This document shows, one piece after another, positions 34,476 to 36,907 of a stretch of DNA of 36,907 nucleotides. The first letter of the stretch is position 1. The number at the start of each line of letters is the position of its first letter. The DNA comes from Candidatus Woesearchaeota archaeon. Its GTDB lineage: Archaea; Nanobdellota; Nanobdellia; Pacearchaeales; GW2011-AR1. The DNA is taken from contig CAYHMF010000001.1 of assembly GCA_964357655.1 (NCBI GenBank), positions 1 through 36,907 of the forward strand, written 5' to 3'. Position numbers and translations under genes: made by a program. Below the pieces are notes generated by a model. The model was not told the origin of the DNA. It did no database searches and saw nothing but the letters and a program-made list of their open reading frames with translations.

Positions 34476-34873
34476 GAGGGGGAGGATTTGATATCATATC
34501 CTTTTCTTTGTTCATTAAATTTTTTTAACATTTCTTGAGTTTTTGCAAACTCTGGATTTTCTTTTTTGTAATTCTCGAATATTTTGAGAAAATCTCTTAT
34601 CTCAATTACTCTTTCTGGATTTTTTGATGCCCATTTATACATCCCAGATGCACGATGCAATACTCCTAAAATCATGTTAATATAATAAGGGATTTGATCC
34701 GAATTTAATTGTTCATAAAGTTCATAAGTTTCATTTATAATTCCTGCATCGTCTACAAAATTATTTACATCGTCAATAAGTTTTTTTTCAAGTTTAGAAC
34801 GCATTTCTTCTATTGAAGTAGTGTCTATAACTTTATCTTCTTCGCCAGTTTTTTGTATTAATGTTTTTGACAT
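34472..34873 (-). CDS. hypothetical protein
   Basis: 133-aa ORF with a 4-nt overlap with the MBL gene. Confidence 0.45.
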   Translation of the reverse strand: MSKTLIQKTGEEDKVIDTTSIEEMRSKLEKKLIDDVNNFVDDAGIINETYELYEQLNSDQIPYYINMILGVLHRASGMYKWASKNPERVIEIRDFLKIFENYKKENPEFAKTQEMLKKFNEQRKGYDIKSSPS

Positions 34874-34919
34874 AGATATTCACAGATAACCTTATATATA
34901 AAATTTGTTATGATGAGAT

Positions 34920-35336
34920 ATGAAATATGAATTTGCTTTTGATCTTCAGAGAATTGCCGAAGATATTTCAAGTAGATTGTTTCCACATATTCGAATGAGT
35001 AATGTCAAATGTCTTCGGAGTTATGGGACTTCTTCGAGGGGAACGATTGCTCGTTGTCATGCCCTTGGAAAGCTGATGCAAAAGGCGATGATGACGCAGG
35101 CGTTTTATGCTCTTGAATTTTTGTCAGAAAGATTTGATAAACTCGATAAAGAAGAACAGATTAAAGTTATAATTCATGAATTAATGCACATCCCGAAAAG
35201 TTTTGGCGGAGGGTTTAAACATCATGATTTTGTTTGTGATAAAAATGTTAATAAATACTACAATGAATATAAAATGATGAAAGGAGATACTATACATGGC
35301 ACAAGTCAAATTGAAAAGAAAAAAGGTTGGTTTTAA
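34920..35336 (+). CDS. small archaeal putative metallopeptidase (HExxH)
   Basis: 'IARCHAL...KVIIHELMHIPKSFGGGFKHH' resembles the conserved ~130-aa archaeal predicted-metallopeptidase family (recollection only). Confidence 0.6.
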   Translation: MKYEFAFDLQRIAEDISSRLFPHIRMSNVKCLRSYGTSSRGTIARCHALGKLMQKAMMTQAFYALEFLSERFDKLDKEEQIKVIIHELMHIPKSFGGGFKHHDFVCDKNVNKYYNEYKMMKGDTIHGTSQIEKKKGWF

Positions 35337-35688
35337 TTACAAAGGTAAGAAAATTTCAGTAGATGCAAAACCTTGTAATTTGTTTTGGATGGTTTGCGGT
35401 TTAATGTTTTCTCGACGAGAAAAAGCCGAAGCTTTGTTGTTATTTGATCTCAAAAAATCCGCAAAATTAAAAATTCATTCGTGGTTTGTTTTCTATCCTT
35501 TTGTTGCGGTTTGGCTTGATAAGAGAGATAAAATTATTGAAATAAAAATTGTTAAACCATTTACTTTTTTAGTTGAGCCCACAAAGTCTTTTAACAAATT
35601 AATAGAAATTCCCATTAATAATAAATATCGAAAAGAAATAGGATTTCTCGTCGGTGCAACAAAAGGTTTAAATACCTCAGCGTCATAG
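35296..35688 (+). CDS. DUF192-family protein
   Basis: 'GLMFSRREKAEALLLFD...IHSWFVFYPFVAVWLDKRDKIIEI' matches the DUF192 pattern (GLM.r......l.f......M....plDi.fld). Confidence 0.65.
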   Translation: MAQVKLKRKKVGFNYKGKKISVDAKPCNLFWMVCGLMFSRREKAEALLLFDLKKSAKLKIHSWFVFYPFVAVWLDKRDKIIEIKIVKPFTFLVEPTKSFNKLIEIPINNKYRKEIGFLVGATKGLNTSAS

Positions 35689-35719
35689 ATTAATTATAAT
35701 ATTAAAAGGAGGGAAAAAA

Positions 35720-35869
35720 ATGGGAAGCGTAATTGCAAAAAATGTTGTTAAAAGAAAGCCAGGGTATCTTTACTATGTAGATGGCAAAGGAAATGTTTGC
35801 GAGGCAAAAATGAGCCGTGGTGGAAAAAAGAAAAAAAAGAAGGTTGCTAAAAAGAAAAAAAAGAAGTAA
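35720..35869 (+). CDS. 49-aa lysine-rich small protein, absent from the supplied ORF track
   Basis: ATG preceded by aGGAGGg (35708-35713). Translation: MGSVIAKNVVKRKPGYLYYVDGKGNVCEAKMSRGGKKKKKKVAKKKKKK. Confidence 0.5.
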   Translation: MGSVIAKNVVKRKPGYLYYVDGKGNVCEAKMSRGGKKKKKKVAKKKKKK

Positions 35870-35927
35870 GCTTTCTTAAATTTATTTTTATTTTTTATTA
35901 ATTAATTTTATATACTCGTTCTGTGTT

Positions 35928-36416
35928 TTGGATGTTATGGAACTGAAAGAAGCAAGAAAATTAATGAATCGTATTATTAAGAAATCTTTCCTTCTATTAA
36001 ATGATAGAAAGATATTTCTTTTTGAGTTTAATTTTAAAAAATATGAGGGAGGGACTATTAGACTTCCTTTTTTTGATATAATAATTATTAGTAAGAAAAT
36101 AAAACATGATAAGAAAAGAGTAATTGCATTATTTGCTCATGAATTATCTCATTTAGAGAGATTTAAGAAAAAAGGCTGGAAAAAATATATTCTTGAAGAA
36201 AGTCTTTACTGGTTTAATGACAAAATAAGAATTGATGAAGATAATGGAGCAGATAAATTAGCTATTGAAAGAGGATATGGAAAAGAACTTTATTATTCTA
36301 GAATAAAATCAAATAAGAATAAAAAAAGAAAGTCTATAACAAAATACTATTTAACCCCCAAAGAAATTAAATCTTATGCAAAGAAAATTAAAAATGCCAA
36401 CAATATTAGGAATTGA
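35928..36416 (+). CDS. hypothetical protein with an HExxH motif
   Basis: 162 aa with 'LFAHELSHLERF'. Confidence 0.45.
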   Translation: MDVMELKEARKLMNRIIKKSFLLLNDRKIFLFEFNFKKYEGGTIRLPFFDIIIISKKIKHDKKRVIALFAHELSHLERFKKKGWKKYILEESLYWFNDKIRIDEDNGADKLAIERGYGKELYYSRIKSNKNKKRKSITKYYLTPKEIKSYAKKIKNANNIRN

Positions 36417-36907
36417 ATCAACAGCACACACTTTTGGGATTGGAATTGTTCGAGATGGAAAAATTCTTTCTAATGTAAAGAGAACTTATACGACGGAATC
36501 TGGGGGGATAATTCCTACAGAGTCTGCAAAGTTTCATTGCGAGAATAAGCACGAAATTTATTTTGAAGCCTTGGAAAAGGCGGGCTTGACGCCACAAGAG
36601 TGTATCCCGAACCAAAAGGTTACTAGAGGTAAAGATGAAATAGATGCAATTGCATTTTCTCAAGGACCGGGTTTGGCTCCTTGTTTGCTTGAAGGCATGA
36701 AGTTTGCAAAAGAACTTTCCAAAAAATTTATGAAACCAATTGTTCCAGTTAATCATTGCATTGCTCATTTGGAAATTGGGAAAACTGTATTGGCACCACA
36801 AGGGTGTACCCCGAGAGCAAGGAATGCTCTACAAGGGGCAAAGGCACGCGACGCTGTTATGCTTTATGTTTCTGGTGCGAATACGCAAATAATTGCATAT
36901 GAGGCTG
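36394..36907 (+). CDS. kae1: Kae1 (tRNA N6-adenosine threonylcarbamoyltransferase), 3'-truncated by the window edge
   Basis: Manual translation, open to the window end: 'MPTILGIESTAHTFGIGIV...IAFSQGPGLAPCL...VNHCIAHLEIG...LYVSGANTQIIAY'. It is not in the ORF track because no stop codon lies in the window. Confidence 0.85.
   Translation, partial: MPTILGIESTAHTFGIGIVRDGKILSNVKRTYTTESGGIIPTESAKFHCENKHEIYFEALEKAGLTPQECIPNQKVTRGKDEIDAIAFSQGPGLAPCLLEGMKFAKELSKKFMKPIVPVNHCIAHLEIGKTVLAPQGCTPRARNALQGAKARDAVMLYVSGANTQIIAYEA

Noticed and set aside
249-36801. Numerous 60-110-aa ORFs antisense to, or out of frame within, longer genes. Examples: 249-473, 992-1201, 2342-2617, 3677-3985, 6081-6371, 11010-11213, 14379-14561, 15935-16147, 16304-16528, 24783-25103, 25970-26260, 26593-26877, 27450-27686, 32024-32296, 33487-33774 and 36418-36801.
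   Set aside because: Each lies wholly inside, or largely overlaps, an ORF with recognisable motifs or better start context. Their translations are low-complexity, rich in F, L, I, S and K, as expected from shadow frames in AT-rich DNA. The 36418-36801 ORF is antisense to the clearly identifiable kae1 frame.
1-36907. rRNA genes, transposases, integrases or IS elements that might explain the repeats and the island.
   Set aside because: No ORF shows DDE, tyrosine-recombinase or serine-recombinase motifs that I can recognise. No rRNA-like GC-rich structured stretch is present.

Overview
This is an AT-rich, tightly packed archaeal window. Many genes overlap at ATGA or TAATG junctions, and most appear to have leaderless-type promoters. 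The archaeal call rests on: an archaeal/eukaryotic-type TrpRS; a ThrRS with the archaeal N-terminal editing domain; Elp3; Kae1 (3' end cut by the window); a circularly permuted GTPase; a YchF-like GTPase; and an intron-containing tRNA with a bulge-helix-bulge splice motif. The small proteins, giant surface proteins, a murein-hydrolase-like gene and a tRNA-Ile(UAU) suggest a reduced, DPANN-like lineage, but that is inference. Housekeeping genes are trpS, thrS, pheA plus chorismate mutase, elp3, ychF-like and kae1, with assorted hydrolases and GNATs. An accessory/defence island of about 8.4 kb (10242-18674) sits between thrS and pheA. It holds a four-gene Type III-like R-M operon in the order PLD nuclease, Mod, polytopic membrane protein, Res. 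It also holds a divergent small wHTH gene, a RelE-like pair, a Fic protein and a GNAT gene broken by an in-frame TAG. A second RelE/antitoxin pair lies next to tRNA-Glu. Several sequence-level oddities are not explained by ordinary annotation. (1) A ~104-nt module, ~93% identical at the DNA level, forms the 5' coding end of three unrelated genes: trpS, a SAM methyltransferase and a small membrane protein. (2) A ~67-nt intergenic repeat family occurs in three copies, one with promoter-like and terminator-like flanks. (3) A tandem array downstream of the ychF-like gene contains degenerate copies of the gene's last codons, including one synonymous-recoded 'fossil' C-terminus. (4) A 23-nt copy of the tRNA-Glu 3' end lies 137 nt downstream of that tRNA. 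(5) Two relatively GC-rich in-frame insertions in kae1 share a 19-nt motif. No rRNA, CRISPR array, transposase or integrase was seen.
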